From NCBI RefSeq assembly GCF_018420025.1, contig NZ_JAEDAM010000059.1, positions 1-7,471 of the forward strand: a stretch of DNA of 7,471 nt, given 5' to 3'. The notes beneath the pieces were generated by a model that saw only the letters and a program-made list of their open reading frames with translations, had not been told where the DNA came from and searched no databases. The position numbers were made by a program, and so were the translations under genes. Source of the stretch: Candidatus Vampirococcus lugosii (lineage in GTDB: Bacteria; Patescibacteriota; Gracilibacteria; Absconditabacterales; Absconditicoccaceae). Shown piece by piece: positions 7,309 through 7,471 of the stretch (its first letter is position 1; each line of letters opens with the position of its first letter).

Positions 7309-7340
7309 CACTTTAAATAAATTTTTAAAGTGCTTTTTAT
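7309..7340. terminator. Bidirectional rho-independent terminator between convergent genes
   Basis: CACTTTAAA at 7309-7317 and TTTAAAGTG at 7324-7332 form a 9-bp stem with a 6-nt loop. CTTTTTATT follows on the plus strand. An A-run at 7302-7308 precedes it, giving a U-tract for the minus-strand transcript. It sits 13 nt after the FkbM stop and 22 nt from the minus-strand stop. Confidence 0.6.
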
Positions 7341-7361
7341 TAAAACTAATTTATTATAGAT

Positions 7362-7471
7362 TTATTCATTGTCAATTTCATCTTCATCTCATTCATCATT
7401 GACCTCTTCTATTTCATTTTCATCATTTTCTCATTCAATTTCAATCCATTTTTCTTTGTCCAATTCATAAT
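7362..7471 (-). CDS. Unidentified protein, 3' partial, with a strongly acidic C-terminal tail
   Basis: The reverse strand reads ...YELDKEKWIEIEGENDENEIEEVNDEGDEDEIDNE and ends at TAA (complement of 7362-7364). It has two in-frame TGA=Gly codons (complement of 7389-7391 and 7431-7433). The plus strand shows a strong TTC/ATC/ATT periodicity. Only 36 codons are visible, so no product can be assigned. Confidence 0.5.

Noticed and set aside
1-7471. TGA read as tryptophan (code 4, Mycoplasma/Spiroplasma-like), suggested by the AT-richness
   Set aside because: TGA consistently falls on invariant glycines: the P-loop, SmpB G positions, SpoU LGNExxG, and FkbM DVGANxG/DVEG. Trp at those sites would destroy the motifs. 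Trp positions use TGG.
1-7471. Massive pseudogenisation, with every gene interrupted by premature TGA stops
   Set aside because: The interruptions are exclusively TGA and never TAA or TAG. There are no frameshifts. Each frame stays open from a sensible ATG to a TAA or TAG, and the genes tile the sequence with gaps of 3-78 nt. Decay would not produce this pattern.
1-7471. Search for tRNA, rRNA, tmRNA (near smpB), CRISPR repeats, transposase or integrase genes and terminal inverted repeats
   Set aside because: I found no GC-enriched structured segment of tRNA or tmRNA size, no regularly spaced repeats and no recombinase-like ORF. Intergenic space totals only 293 nt, which leaves no room for such elements.

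Overview
This very AT-rich window only makes sense if in-frame TGA is read as a sense codon. The conserved positions where TGA falls show that it means glycine, not tryptophan. That is translation table 25, the code of Gracilibacteria (BD1-5) and Absconditabacteria (SR1), which are candidate-phyla-radiation bacteria. The supplied standard-code ORF track is therefore misleading. Its three plus-strand ORFs are fragments of longer genes, and its five minus-strand ORFs are antisense artefacts. Retranslating with TGA=Gly gives ten head-to-tail plus-strand genes and one convergent minus-strand gene end. By my coordinates the window is about 96% coding, with 293 nt of intergenic sequence in total. 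In order, the genes are: a family-2 glycosyltransferase 3' end, smpB, a 380-aa membrane-anchored orphan protein, holB (DNA polymerase III delta-prime), rnpA, an AI-2E/PerM-family permease, a small winged-helix protein with a possible nucleotidyltransferase-like tail, a Memo/AmmeMemoRadiSam-B-like protein, a small SpoU/TrmH-type RNA methyltransferase, an FkbM-family methyltransferase, and the acidic C-terminus of an unidentified minus-strand gene. Every real stop is TAA except one TAG at holB; TGA never terminates a gene. I saw no rRNA, tRNA, CRISPR array or mobile element. The main items for follow-up are the recoding itself, the orphan protein at 855-1997, a Memo-like protein that seems to have lost its metal-binding histidines, the overlapping holB/rnpA/permease junctions, and the lack of Shine-Dalgarno motifs.
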